The notes below the pieces were generated by a model. The model was given only the letters and a program-made list of their open reading frames with translations, was not told the DNA's origin and made no database searches. Position numbers and translations under genes: made by a program. Shown here one piece after another: positions 26,105-39,085 of a DNA stretch of 64,000 bases (the first letter of the stretch is position 1; every line of letters starts with the position of its first letter). Origin of the DNA: Chiloscyllium plagiosum (lineage: Eukaryota); the NCBI RefSeq assembly GCF_004010195.1, contig NC_057719.1:62426862-62490861 (forward strand), written 5' to 3'.

Positions 26105-26830
26105 ATCATAAGACAATAAGAAGTAGAGTTATAGAGTCATATAGCATGAAAACAGACCCTTCAGTCCTATGTCCATGCCGACTATACTCCCAAACTAAAT
26201 TATTCCCATCTGCCTGCACTTGGCCCATATTCCTCCAAACATTTCTTATTCATGTACTTATCCAAATGTCTTTTAAACATTGTCACTGTACCCACATCCA
26301 CCACTTCCCCTAGAAGTTCATTCCACACATAAACGAATGCTCCTCAGTTCCCTTGTAAATCTTTCTGCTCTCACCTTTAAAGCATGCCTCTTAGTCTTGA
26401 AATCCCCCACCCTAGGGAAAAGACACCTGCCATTCACCTTATATATGCCCCTCATGATTTTATAAACCTCCTTTCAGGTCACCTCTCAGCCTCCTATGCT
26501 CCAGTGAAAAAATGTCCCAGCCCTTTCCTTATTACTCAAATCCTCATTCCTGGGCACCATCCTGGGATGCAAGTCTCTTCTGAACCATCTCCAGGTTAAT
26601 AGTATCCTTCCTACAGCAGGGAGCTGTAGTAGGAACAGTTGAAGACTGCTCTGCCAATCAATTTGATCATAGCCAAATTAATATTCCTCATGTGCACTTG
26701 GTTGCCTTTTCCCCAGAACGCATGATTTTCCGACTGGATAAGAATTTATCGACCTCAGCCTTATATACAAGCATTCTGGTTCCACAGTTCCTTGTGGCAA
26801 GCAGTCCTACAGGCACTCAACCCTCTGAGT
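26105..26830 (-). mobile_element. CR1 3' fragments (two subfamilies)
   Basis: Reverse complement of the CR1 tail (atagagtcatatagcatgaaaacagaccc) and of the ORF2 end. Confidence 0.8.
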
Positions 26831-27499
26831 GAAAAAATACCCCCCCCCCCCAGTTATGGTCTGAATATTTGTAGGTTCTTGAGGCAAGTTTACTTCATCT
26901 GGATTCATCCGCAGACTTTCTATGGCAATTTATGTAAATGATTTATTATATCTATTTTTGTTTCTTACAAAGTGTATTTGCTGTTAAATAATGAATCAAA
27001 TCTTGAACCCTCAGTCTATGTCAAACCTAAACTTCAAGCCACCTGTCTCTCCATCTTGCCTGCTTATCTTTGTTGATCCTTATGTTTGTTATGCATGACT
27101 AATTTCAATTCTCCTTTTGTATATTTTGGCAGGGAGTTAGTTCCTAGTTATGCTTGTTGCTTAAATTCCCCAAAGCTCACTTGACAGCTCATAATTTGCT
27201 CTTGTTTATAATTTATGGCCTTTGGGTATTTTGATTTCAAATTTAACTATGAACAGATCACTGGAACCCATCTGCTAGTTACTAAGTGCTTTTGCTGGAC
27301 TATTTAAAATTCTAAAAAGAAGAATTTTCTGACTTATTCGAAGATTGATTATAAAGTTGTTTGTGCTTTAGATCATCATTTCCCATTGTTTGGTCTTGTC
27401 CTGTGGATATTACTGCAGTCAGAAGAGGGAAAAAAGGGTCAGACACACACAAAGCCCTTCTGGATGTGTTTTTCAGTATCTAGCAGCCACAATAGAAAG

Positions 27500-28365
27500 T
27501 GTCTATTGTATTCGCTGCACCCAGTGTGGCTGACTCTACATTGGAGAAACTAAACGCAGACTCGGTGACCGCTATGCGAAGCACCTCCGGTCTGTGTGCA
27601 AGCATGACATCGATTTCCCCATTTCTGGTCATTATAACACTGTGTCCTGCTCGCATGCTCACTTGTCTGTCCTCGGTCAGAGCCAAAAAACTGCTGATGC
27701 TGGAATCCAAAGTAGACAGGCAGGATGCTGCAAGAACACAGTAGGCCAGGTAGAAACAGAAGGTGGTGAAGTTGACATTTTGGTTGTAACCCTTCAGGAC
27801 TGAGGGTGAGTGTAGGTGGAGCTGCAGATAAAAGGGGAGGTGGGGGCAGGATGGTGAAGTGGGGATAGGTGAAGACAGGCAGAGGGTCTGACTTGGCTGG
27901 TCAATGAGAGGAGTGATAGCTGTCCTTGGCATGCTACAATGATCTAGTGAATCACAATATAAACTGAATGAACAATACCTCATCTTCAGATTTAACTTAA
28001 TATAGAATTCAACCACTTCAGACTGTGAACCCGCACTCGTTCTTTCCAGTTCTTTTAGCTTTACTTGTTGCATTCTCTATCACCATCTCCACCCCCACAC
28101 CCCGTGGAACTGTCTGTTCTTTGCCATTTTGGCAGTTCGACACATCATTGTTCTGTCATTCTCACATTCCGATCACTTATCCTGTATTATCGGCAGCATT
28201 TCTCCTCCAACACTCCTCCACTCCCACTGTAGCATGAATGCTGCCCCCTCCCCACTTCACATCAGCTCTGATGACGAGTCATCTAGACTTGAGACGGGAG
28301 CTTGCTCTTTCTCCCCGGATGCTGCCTGACCCGCTGTGATTTCCAACATGTTTTTCTTTTCCAAC
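27500..28365 (+). mobile_element. Penelope-like element 3' part: disrupted GIY-YIG endonuclease, 3' UTR and decayed hammerhead
   Basis: Translation YCIRCTQCG*LYIGETKRRLGDRYAKHLRSV...GHYN...HLSVLG, resuming at ...KLNEQYLIFR; agct-ctgatga-c-gagtc-atcta-gactt-gaga at 28264-28302. Confidence 0.88.
27677..27919 (-). mobile_element. second PLE terminus nested in the GIY-YIG region
   Basis: TSD ctgtcctcgg (27667-27676) / ctgtccttgg (27920-27929); aaaactgctgatgctggaatcc terminal motif. Confidence 0.75.
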
Positions 28366-28679
28366 AACCACTGGGCTCACTGTATCTGCTCATGATCTCC
28401 AGGACTGCATCTTTAAGTGGGACATGAAATGGATGTAGGTCTTCTGCCCGCATAATTCTGCTGCTAGAGAGAAACATGCATTTGTGATAGTATAGTGAGA
28501 TATTTGTGAACGCTGTGACTTAAAGGCTTCTGCTCAAACCAGGTGCTTGCAGGCAAGGATACAGCAATAGACCTGCCCTTTAGAATGCGGCATGGTGTGG
28601 AGTGCTGGAGAGGGAACACAAAACAGGACAGTCTTCTGGAAGAAGGAGGACGAGGCCATATAGATCCACAAGAAATGGA

Positions 28680-29430
28680 GTATGCACTCTCTGCGCTTGA
28701 ATGTGAAATCTGATGCTCGCCACAACAGCAAACGCAAAGCAGGTAAAGTACAAAAAGGCCAGCGTGTGTGAAGGAGACCGTGGCATTGAAACTTTACACA
28801 TGTGAATCCTTCAGGTTGGAGCATCTTGCAGTTTGCTGTCCATTCTTTTGTGCAGGAGATCATTGACACTCTGTATTCAAAGGTTTGACTGTGTTTAATT
28901 GTATCTTAATGGAGCAAGTACAGATGGATTAAGGGCACAGATTCTCATAGATTCTGATTTCCTTATTGTATGGAACACCATTGATTACCTGCTCGTTACT
29001 TTGTAGGCACGAGCTGATAATTCCATACTGGAAGTGAAATGGTTGTGTGCCCAGCTGGTGTGTGATCCTTGCCAGTGGATAATAAAGGTCAATTCAATGT
29101 CTGCTAGACCAGTTATGCTGTTGGTACTCTGCATTAGTCCATTGAGTCGACTGCATTTCTGTCACCATGACACATCAGATGTTTTGTCAAGGTAGCAGGG
29201 GCTATGTGCTGACCCAATCATTCATGACTCTGGAACACAATCCATGCACAAGTGGGCAAGTGCATAGATTGAAAGCTGTGTTCCCACATGAAATGTGACA
29301 GAGCAGGACATTGATGGATTGTCAGTGGAGCCAGAAATGTACCAACACAGCTCTGAAGTATTGGGTGTAATGGATGTGAATATTCATGCTGGTCTGTCAT
29401 ATACTGCACATTGCTCATGAAGAGGTGGAT
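28680..29430 (+). mobile_element. degenerate PIF/Harbinger transposase relic
   Basis: Collinear hand-translated motifs: VKETVALKLY (28768), QFAVHSFVQEIIDTLY (28829), QLVCD (29052), GSRGY..FMT...NP (29191), VCHILH (29392). Confidence 0.7.
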
Positions 29431-30540
29431 TACGTGGTACAGTAATCCTGAAGTGTGAGCAAGAGGAGGGTGAGAATAGGTAATGCTGGTTACCCTTTGT
29501 TGTCATCTTAGTTCTCTGAAGTAATGTCACTGTTCTGTCTCGCCCTCTGACCTGTGCCATGCTTATCCCTTGCCTTGGCAGAAGCTCATTCATGCTTGAT
29601 ATCTCACTGTGTATTAATCCCATCTCAAATCTGTCCTTGAGCGTACCCAATGTTCTAGCATCTGAGCTAGATCAGAACTCAAATAAAATTGATGGACAAA
29701 ATGTCATGACCATGTTTAGAGCAGCTAGGAATATCCACTGCACAATGGTTGTTCAATTATATCCTTGTGAAGCTCTGCTATACAGTATCACAATGGAACA
29801 TACCTAAATGCTCGAAATGGATCGTGTGTTCAGACATTAGTCCACAGCAGATGATGTGATAGAAAATTAAGATTACATTGAGAATGGTCAAGATGGGAAT
29901 TTAATGCCCAGTTACTCTGGGATCACTGCAAAGTTTTGACTCCTGAATACCATCGCTATTTCCTGCTGTATTCATTCTCCAGTTCACTTAACAGGTATGA
30001 TGTGTTTTTAAAAAGTGGAACAATGCATCTTTCATGGGGACGTAGATGAACATCATCAAAGAAGCAATGTTACTGTGTGGCATCTGTTGTAAAACTGACA
30101 CTTGAGGGTTAATGAGGGACAATCGTGCAATTATTATTTGAGAATCTTGCAGCAGATTCCGAATAAACCTTGGAATACTTTCAATCCTGTGAACATCCAG
30201 TTAAAAAAACATGCAGAAAATATATTGAGCTGAGAAATGAATGATTTTAAAGAAATATATTAACCTCCGTTCTGGATGCAGCTTGACACACTTCCAGATA
30301 ACAGGCAAGTAGGAATTTAATTTTCTTTATCGTTTTCAGCTGGTCACCTTTCGTATGTTAGTTTAATCACTGGAAAGGGACGAGAGGCAAGTTGACTATC
30401 TTCAGTGTTCTTCTGAAGCACACTATGAATTTAGGTCAAACAACAAAAATATCAGCCAAGTCTTTTTCAAAGAATGTGTAGCCTGCTTCAGTTTGGCATC
30501 TTCTGGAAGCTAGCAACAGATCTTTATTCACTGTTAGTTG

Positions 30541-31249
30541 TGTTATGAAGATGTTGGTGAACTATACCTTTAAGAAAGTTAAAGGCTAACAGTGACATCA
30601 CCAAGTGTTCTGAATAAGACACAACGTAACATTTCCTCCAGCTACTGGAGTAGCTCGTTGCCTGGAAACAACAAAAACAGATTTGAATTAGGCCAATCAG
30701 TTTAAATTATTCCCCCAAAAAGTACCAATTTCCAATCAAGTTTGAATTGAGCAAATGGACAATCTTAAAAGCCAACGACACCCCAGAGCATCTGATTATA
30801 TCCGTCCGGGGGGAAATTGAACAGTTGAGAGGAGAACTGCCAAGCCTTAGCATGTATACAGACTGCCTGAAAAATAGCTCTCTTTAAAGTACCTTTTTGA
30901 CCAGTAACCTGTGAAGCATAATCCCTAAGAAGAAAAGAAGACACAGGAAGATCAAATAGAAGAACTGAAAGCTCCCTGGTTTTGAGATAAGAAATCTTGT
31001 TTTCTAAATCTTAAATGAGAGTTTTATCGGACCAGTATTAGAGAAAGGAAGGTAACAGACAGGTAAGAGGAAGGAATTGTAAATAGTTGTTAGTCAATTA
31101 TTCTCTGTTATACGTTAAGAAATAAAGTTGTTAATTTTTACTTTAAATAGTCCTTGGCCACTCAAATGTTTACAGACTACTGCATGGGATAAATCTTTTC
31201 TGTGTTGCTGGTTTTAAGTTAAGCAGAAGGGTTACCCCATGTTGTAACA
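30541..31249 (+). mobile_element. solo LTR (about 709 bp)
   Basis: Terminal inverted tgttat...gtaaca; flanks gttg/cttg; CCAAT boxes; aataaa near 31121. Confidence 0.75.
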
Positions 31250-31560
31250 CTTGGATAAATGTTTTGTGAGAAGTTGAGACTAAATTTGCACAGTAGAGAA
31301 CAAGCAGAATAACTCTTGCAGGTAAATAAGGATAAGTTTATTCACATAACAAAACGTTATAGTTTCCAATTCTGCGACGGTAGCCAATCAAATAATGTTT
31401 AGTTAATGATCAGAGCAAGTGTGGAGTGTCTGGAAGAATGTTGATGCAAATATCACCATAGAGAAGATGAAAGAGATGAGAAGGACATTTGGCTTATTGG
31501 AAAACATCTCACTGTTCATCAGTAGCTCAAGCAAGACGTTTTACTAAGTTTTGTTTGAGC

Positions 31561-31890
31561 TTAGATTAGATTCCGTACAGTATGGAAACAGACCCTTCAG
31601 CCAAACAAGTCCATACCGACACTCCGAAGAGTAACCCACCCAGACCCGTTCTCCTACCCGATATTCACCTCTGACTAATGCACCTTACACTATGGGCAGT
31701 TTCTCATGGCCAATTCACCTGACCTGTGCATCTTTCGATTATGGGATGAAACTGGAGCACCTGGAGAAAACCCACGCAGACACTGGGAGAATGTGCAAAC
31801 TCCACATAGACAGTTGCCGAGACAGGAATCGAACCCAGGTCCCTGGCACTGTGAGGCAGCGGTGCTAACCACTGAGTCACCATGCCACCT
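31561..31890 (-). mobile_element. HE1-like V-SINE
   Basis: Reverse complement shows A/B boxes (ggttcgattcc), V-domain and (tctaa) tail. Confidence 0.92.
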
Positions 31891-32139
31891 CACCTTTTTA
31901 AAGGTGGGAAGACAGTTCCAAACTCAAGTGGGGGAGATTGGGGCGAAGTCATGAGGCAATCTCATTCTCAAAAGCCAGTATAGAGGAAGCACAAAGAGTG
32001 AGAAGGAAAGAGGCTTCAGAAAGTAATATAATATACTACAGGGTACAAAGGGAAAGCTGTGGGGAACAGAGATACCAAAATTGTACTCTCATTTTGGGGT
32101 CTGTTTAATAAAAATAAGTTATTTAGACCAAAAAACAAT

Positions 32140-32790
32140 AAGACATCAGAGCAGAAGTTTGCCATTGCATCTCCTCTGCCATTCTAAGAGATTATGGATG
32201 ATCTGAAAGTCTTCAACTCCGCTTTGTTGCCTTCTTCCCCTGTATCTTTCATTTTCTTAATGATTAATAATCTGTCTGTCTCAGCCTCGAGTATGCTTAA
32301 TACCCATCCTCTTTAGCCCCTTTGGCAAAGAAATCCACAGATTCATCACCTTTTGAGAGAAGAAATTTCTCTTCAGTTCTGTCCTGACTGGGTAATCACT
32401 CATTTTGAGATCATGCCATCTTGTCCGAGACTGTCCAACAAGGGGAAGCGACGTTTCAACATCATGTCCTGTTAAGTACTCTAAGAATCTTGTATGTTTC
32501 AATAAGGTCATTGTAATAAACTCAAGTGACTACACGTCCAACTTACTCAACCTCTCCCCATAAGAAAGTCCCTCCATACCCGGTATTAACCTCATGAGCA
32601 CTCTCTGCACATCCTGCAATGTCAGTGCATCTCCCTTTAGATATGGGGATCCAAATCATTCACACTATTCTAGGATTGATCTAACTTTTGTCTTCTAAAG
32701 TTTCAGCAAGACTGCCTTTTTCCCCGATTTCCTTTGGAACTAACTAATTTTCCCTATTACCTGCTGAACTTTCTGATTCATGTCATTATA
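32140..32790 (-). mobile_element. older CR1 3' fragment
   Basis: ORF 32281..32511 RNFFSQKVMNLWISLP; similar to 55617-56212. Confidence 0.8.
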
Positions 32791-32979
32791 TTCCAAAGAA
32801 GTAAATGGACAATGACAGCTATTCAAAACAAACTGCTCCGAATTGATAAAATTACTTTGAAATATTGTTCCTTGAATTCTCCCTTTGTCTTCATTTGATG
32901 TAAGGGAAGCTTAACCAATGGCATGATATTCGTTCTTAGAGGTAGTTCTAAGATTCTCACTTTTAAGACTGACTTCAAG

Positions 32980-35900
32980 ACCAGGCATTTGCAACAGCAA
33001 CAATATGTGATGGATGGCAGTTATAGGAAGGGGGGGAAAGTCTCGGACACAGTCACAGGGCTGGGTTAACTCCAGGAAAGGTAAGAGAGGTAGGCAGCTA
33101 GTGTAGGAGCCTTCTGTGGCTATCCCCATTTCAAATAACTGTGCTATTTTGGAAAATGTAGGGGGTGATGGATTGTCAGGGGAACGTAGCACAAACAGCC
33201 AGGTTTCTGGTATTGAGACTGGCTCTAGTACAATGAGGGGTACGTCAGGTTCCAAGAGATCAATTGTGTTAGGGGATTCTCTAGTCTGAGGTACAGACAG
33301 ACGTTTCTGTGACCAACAGTGAAAAATCAGAATGGTGTGTTGCTTTCATGGTGCCAGGATCAAGGATTTCTCAGAGAGGGTGCAAATTGTTCTCAAGGGG
33401 GAGAGGGGACAGCAAGAGGTCATTGTACACATTGGAACCAACGACCTAGAAAGGGAAAAGGTTGAGATTCTGAAGGGAGATTACAGAGAGTTAGGCAAGA
33501 ATTTAAAAAGTAGGTCCTCGAGATTAGTACTATCTGGATTACTCCTGGTGCTACAAGCTAGTGAGGGAAGGAATAGGAGGATAGAGCAGATGAATGTGTG
33601 GCTGAGGAGCTGGTGTATGGGAGAAGGATTCACATTTTTCAATCATTGGAATCTCTTGGGGTAGAAGTGACCTGTACAAGATGGAAGGATTGCACATAAA
33701 TTGAAGGGGACTAATATACTGGCAGGGAAACTTGCTAGAACTGCTCAGGAGGATTGAAACTAGTAAGGTGGGGGTTGGGAGCCAGAGGGATGGTGAGGAA
33801 AGGGCTCAATCTGAGACTGGTACAGTTGAGAACGGAAGCGAGTCAAAAAATCAGGGTAGGCAGGGACAAAGTAGGACGAATAAATTAAACTGCATTTAGA
33901 AGGAAATTGAGAAACAAACTTGTAAGGAGATCTCAGCTATCTGTAAGAATAATAGGGTGGTTATGGTAGGGGATTTTAACTTTCCAAACATAGACTGGGA
34001 CTGCCATAGTGTTAAGGGTTTGGATGAAGAGGAATTTGTTAAGTGTGTACAAGACAATGTTCTGATTCAGTATGTGGATGTACTTACTAGAGAAGGTGCA
34101 AAACTTGACCTACTCTTGGGGGAAAAAAGGCAGGGCAGGTGACTGAGGTGTCAGTGGGGGAGCACTTTGGGGCCAGCGACCATAATTCTATTAGATTTAA
34201 AATAGTGATGGAAAAAGACAGACCAGATCTAAAAGTTGATGTTCTAAATTGGAGAAAGACCAATTTTGACGGTATTAGGCAAGAACTTTCGGAAGTTGAT
34301 CGGGGGCAGATGTTCGCAGGTAAAGCGACGGGTGGAAAATGGGAAGCCTTCAGAAATGAGATCACGAGAATCCAGAGAAAGTATATTCCTGTCAGGGTGA
34401 AAGGAAAGGCTGGTAGGTATAGGGAATGCTGGATGACTAAAAAAATTGAGGGTTTGGTTAAGAAAAAGAAGGAAGCATATATAAGGTATAGCCAGGATAG
34501 ATCGGGTGAATCCTTCGAAGAGTATAAAGGCAGTAGGCGTATAATTAAGAGGGAGGGCAAAATGGGAAATGAAATAGCTTTGGCAAATAGAATTAAGCAG
34601 AATCCAAAGGGTATTTACAAATACATTTGGGACAAAAGGGTAACAAGGGATAGAATAGGCCCCCTCATCATTTGTGTGGAGCCACAGAAAATGTGGGAGT
34701 TACTAAACAAATATTTTGTATCAGTATTTACTGTGGAAAAGAATATGGAAGATATAGAAAGTAGCGAAATAGATGGTGACACCTTGCAAGAAGTCCACAT
34801 TACAGAGGAGGAAGTGCTGGATGTCTTGAAACGCATAAAGCTGGATAAATCCCCAGAACCTGATCAGATGTTCCCGAGAACTCTGTGGGAAGCTAGAGAA
34901 GTGATTGCTGTGCCTCTTGCTGAGATATTTGTATCATCGATAGTCATAGATGAGGTGCCGCAAGACTGGAGGTTGACTAACATGGTGCCACTGTTTAAGA
35001 AGGGTTGTAAGGACAAGCCAGGGAACTACCAACCAGTGAGCCTGACCTCATGGTGGGCAAGTTGTTGGAGGGAATCCTGAGGGACAGGATGTACATGTAT
35101 TTGGAAAGGCAAGGACTGATTAGGGACAGTCAACATGGCTTCTGCGTGGGAAATCATGTCTCACAAACTTGATTAAGTTTTTTGAAGAAATAATAAAGAG
35201 GATTGATGAGGGAGGAGCAGTGGATGTAATCTATATGGACTACAGTAAGACATTCGACAAGGTTCCCCATGGGAGACTGGTTAGCAAGGTTAGATCTCAT
35301 GGAATACAGGGAGAACTAGCCATTTGGGTACAGAACTGGCTCAAAGGTAGAAGACAGAGTGTGGTCGTGGAGGGTTTTTCAGACTGGAGGCCTGTGACCA
35401 GTGGAGTGCCACAAGGATTGGTGCTGGGTCCTCTACTTTTGTCATTTACATAAATGATTTGGATGCGTGCATAAGAGGTACAGTTAGTAAGTTTGCAGAT
35501 GACACCAAAATTGGAGGTGTAGTGGACAGCAAGGAAGGTTACCTCTGATTACAACAGGATCTGGACCAGATGGGCCAATGGACTGAGGAGTGGCAGATGG
35601 AGTTTAATTCAGATAAATGCGAGGTGCTGTGTTTTTGGGAAAGCAAATCTTAGCAGGACTTATACACTTAATGGTAAGGTCCTAGAGAGTGTTGCTGAAC
35701 CAACAGACCTAGGAGTGCAGGTTCATAGCTCCTTGAAAGTGGAGTCGCAGGTAGATAGGATAGTGAAGAAGGCATTTGGTATGCTTTCCTTTATTGGTCA
35801 GAGTATGGAGTACAGGAGTTGGGAGGTCATGTTGCAGCTGTACAGGACATTGGTTAGGCCACTGTTGGAATATTGTGTGCAATTCTGGTCTCCCTCCTAT

Positions 35901-36418
35901 CGGAAAGATGTTGTGTAACTTGAAAGGGTTCAGAAAAGATTTACAAGGATGTTGCCAGGGTTGGAGGATTTGAGCTATAGGGAGAGGTTGAACAGGCTGG
36001 GGCTGTTTTCTCTGGAGCATCGGAGGCTGAGGGGTGACCTTATAGAGATTTACATAATTATGAGGGGTGTGGATAGGGTAAATAGGCAAAGTCTTTTCCC
36101 TGGGGTCGGGGAGTCCAGACCTAGAGGGCATAGGTTTAGAGTGAGAGGTGAAAGATATAAAAGAGACCTAAGGGGCAACCTTTTCACACAGAGGGTGGTA
36201 CGTTCATGGAATGAGCTGCCAGAGGAAGTGGTGGAGGCTGGTACAATTGCAACATTTTAAGAGGCATTTGGATGGATATATGAATAGGAAGGGTTTGGAG
36301 GGATATGGGCCGGGTGCTGGCAGGTGGGACTAGATTGGATTGGTATATCTGCTCGGCATGGAAGGCTTGGACCGAAGGGTTTGTTTCCATGCTATACATC
36401 TCTATGACTCTGACTCTA
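32980..36418 (+). mobile_element. long CR1 copy: ORF1 with SGNH/GDSL esterase domain, ORF2 (partly deleted APE endonuclease, RT) and 3' tail; inactive
   Basis: IVLGDSLV at 33263; CCFHGARIKD...IVHIGTND; VGDFNFPNIDW; LDLLL; GASDHNSI; RT motifs; tctatgactctgactct tail; several stops and frameshifts. Confidence 0.96.
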
Positions 36419-37029
36419 ACTTGGGTTGCAGAAGTACAAAACATCAGCAATTGATAGCCTAAAACCATTTTAATTGCCCGTGTGAATCTATAATCTGCCA
36501 GCTAGGCATACTTAAATGCGTATCTGCTTTATATATTTTACATGAAGGAAGCAATTTCTTTACATCCCAGAAAAGAAAATGTCTCATTAATTCTGGGTCT
36601 CTTATAACAGGCGGTATTACTTCAGAATTGTTTCCAGCTGACAGTTACTGGCATCTTGCTACAAAGTTTCAACCACTTCAATTATGAATTCCTTTTTATA
36701 AGAAGTTGAGAGAAAGTTTTAATTAACTTCATTAATCTCCACATGTACGGTATGATTTTTGTTTGCATCAAATCGTGGAACCACCTGACCTTTGGAAGAG
36801 ACACAACCATTTTGTGAGTTCAGCTCAGAATTAATTATCTGAATGTTAGCAGTACCTGTTAGTATTAGTGTGTTACCTGCTACTTTTCATAAGAAAGCTG
36901 ATCTAATAGTTTGCTCCTGCTGCTGCCTGTATCCTTGCTGTCATCAGGACCTGCTGACTGACAATGGCTGCTTGACTGACAATGTTTTAAGATTCTTCTG
37001 TTTGTATTCAAATCTCTTTCCAGCCTTTT

Positions 37030-37340
37030 TTCTCTAACCTCCTACAGCTCTCCACCATCCAAATCTTTAGACTCCCCTAATTCCTGGCAAGTTTACATCC
37101 CTGATTTCTCAGGCTCAAACATTGACAGTTTATCATCAGCTGCCAGGGCCCTAAGCTATGGAATTCCACTCCTGAACCTCTCCGCTTGTCTCTTGTTCTA
37201 TGAAATGCTCTTCTGCGACTCCGATTATGGTCAGCAGTTCAAGATATTTGTGGCTTGTTGCCCTTGTTTTATCATGTCCCTGCCAATTGACATGAAAGCT
37301 TTGCTACATAAAACTGTTATATTAATGAAACTTGCTGTTT
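37030..37340 (+). mobile_element. old L2-like LINE 3' end
   Basis: cagctgccagggccctaagctatggaattcc..cctgaacctctccgc; resembles the L2 ORF2 end (LWNSLP-type). Confidence 0.55.
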
Positions 37341-38766
37341 GGATCCTGTAAATTTAAGGAGATTTGAAAATGGGAGGTTAAAAGCTGTTTTTCTGCAAGT
37401 TTACAATTGGTTCAAGTTTTGGAGTGCATATGAAATACAAGGGTTTTAGAAAGTAAATTGAGATCGGTCCTCTTGGGATGTTATAGATTTCAAGTTGACA
37501 AGCTTGGTGATAGGAGACTGGAACATAATCAATCTCTGGGTCAGGGTCAGAAATGTAATACTGTCTCTTGCCAATGCGTAGATATTGATGGTGCTATTAA
37601 TCACAAGCAATTCAATCTGTCTCATTGCTGGGACTTGAAGAGCTACGATTATCATTGGTTATTGAAACTTGTCCCAGCAAAGATTGCAGGCTAATCCTTT
37701 AATGTGCAGGATCTCCCAAGCCAGGGAAAGGAACAGCACAACAGGGGTATGTGTGGAAGCTGCAGAGCTTGTTCAGATCTAGCAGTTCCTCAACACAATT
37801 TACATGTTCCAAGGTCTTGATTGTTAATAAGTTATATCCAAAGTGTCTCAGATTTGTTAAATGTGGTTCTTTCCCATGAGGGATCGAATGCATATTTCAC
37901 ATTGGACAAAGGTAATTTCTACTTATGTATTTTAATTGTTTAATTTTGAGAGATTTATCTGCAGTGTTGGATTTCTGGACACTTCAGGCAATTTGATTCA
38001 CCAAACAGGACATAAAGCTGCTGAAACAATCGTTAAATGTTTTTGCACATGTACTTTTTCAAAGACATCAATGATTTAGGCTCAATTATTAAATATTTCT
38101 TTGTTCGAATCTGCTTCAAGCAACCCACTGCAAACTGGGAGCAACTGTGAACTGTTTATTGTGAGACCTATAATTCTGGGGAGAAGCTGTTTATTTCCAT
38201 AGTTGACAGTATATATTGCTGACTCAATAACACTGTGTTCAGCCAATTGCATTTGTTTAGTCACTTTATACAGTAAAAGTCAGAAATATCGACAAGTGAA
38301 CCTTTCAGCTAATGTTTGAATTTTCACTTAGAAATTGTATAATACCCTTCACTGATGGTGATGATTAATGGTGGTGGACTATGCTCAATCCCTCTTAAAA
38401 CACCTTTGTCGTGAAGAATTCAAGATGTGGCCAAACCCAATGAAGTTAATTAAATTCCAGAAGCACTGTTTACTATGAAACTAAAGTTAGGGTCTTAAAT
38501 TACGATGTCAATATAAGTTGTACGTCGCAGTGGTCTTAGCAGCAAGAAATCATCTTTATTCTGAAAAAAAAACTGGATTTGATAAGTTTGACTTTTAAAA
38601 CAAGAACATATGTCTTCTGAACTGAGAAGCTGCATTTATAATGAGCTTCGTTTTATCTTTTGAAAAAAAAATTACTTGAGATTACAAAATGTGTATTTCG
38701 AGTTAGCAATGTCCTCCGCGCACTCCAAACCAGCTGTTGTTTTCATCATTATTCTGTGGGTAATTT

Positions 38767-39085
38767 CATAGAATTCCTACAGTGGGGAAACAGGCCTTTT
38801 GGCCCAACAAGTCCATACTGACTCTCCAAAAAGTATCCCAACCAGACCCATTCCCCTACCCCTATTACTTTACATTTCCCTTGTACACTGTGAGCAATTT
38901 AGCATGGCCAGTTCACCTGACCTGCACATCTTGGGCCTGAGGGAGTAAACCAGAGCATCCGGAGGAAACCCACACAGACATTGGGAGAATGTGCAAACTC
39001 CACACAGTCGCCCAAGGCTGGACTTGAACCTGGGCCCCTGGCGCTATGAGGCAGCAGTGCTAACCACCGAGCTACTGTGCTGCTC
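38767..39085 (-). mobile_element. HE1-like V-SINE
   Basis: Same structure as 31561-31890. Confidence 0.9.

Noticed and set aside
27480..28073. 197 aa minus-strand ORF
   Set aside because: Antisense read-through across two nested PLE pieces.
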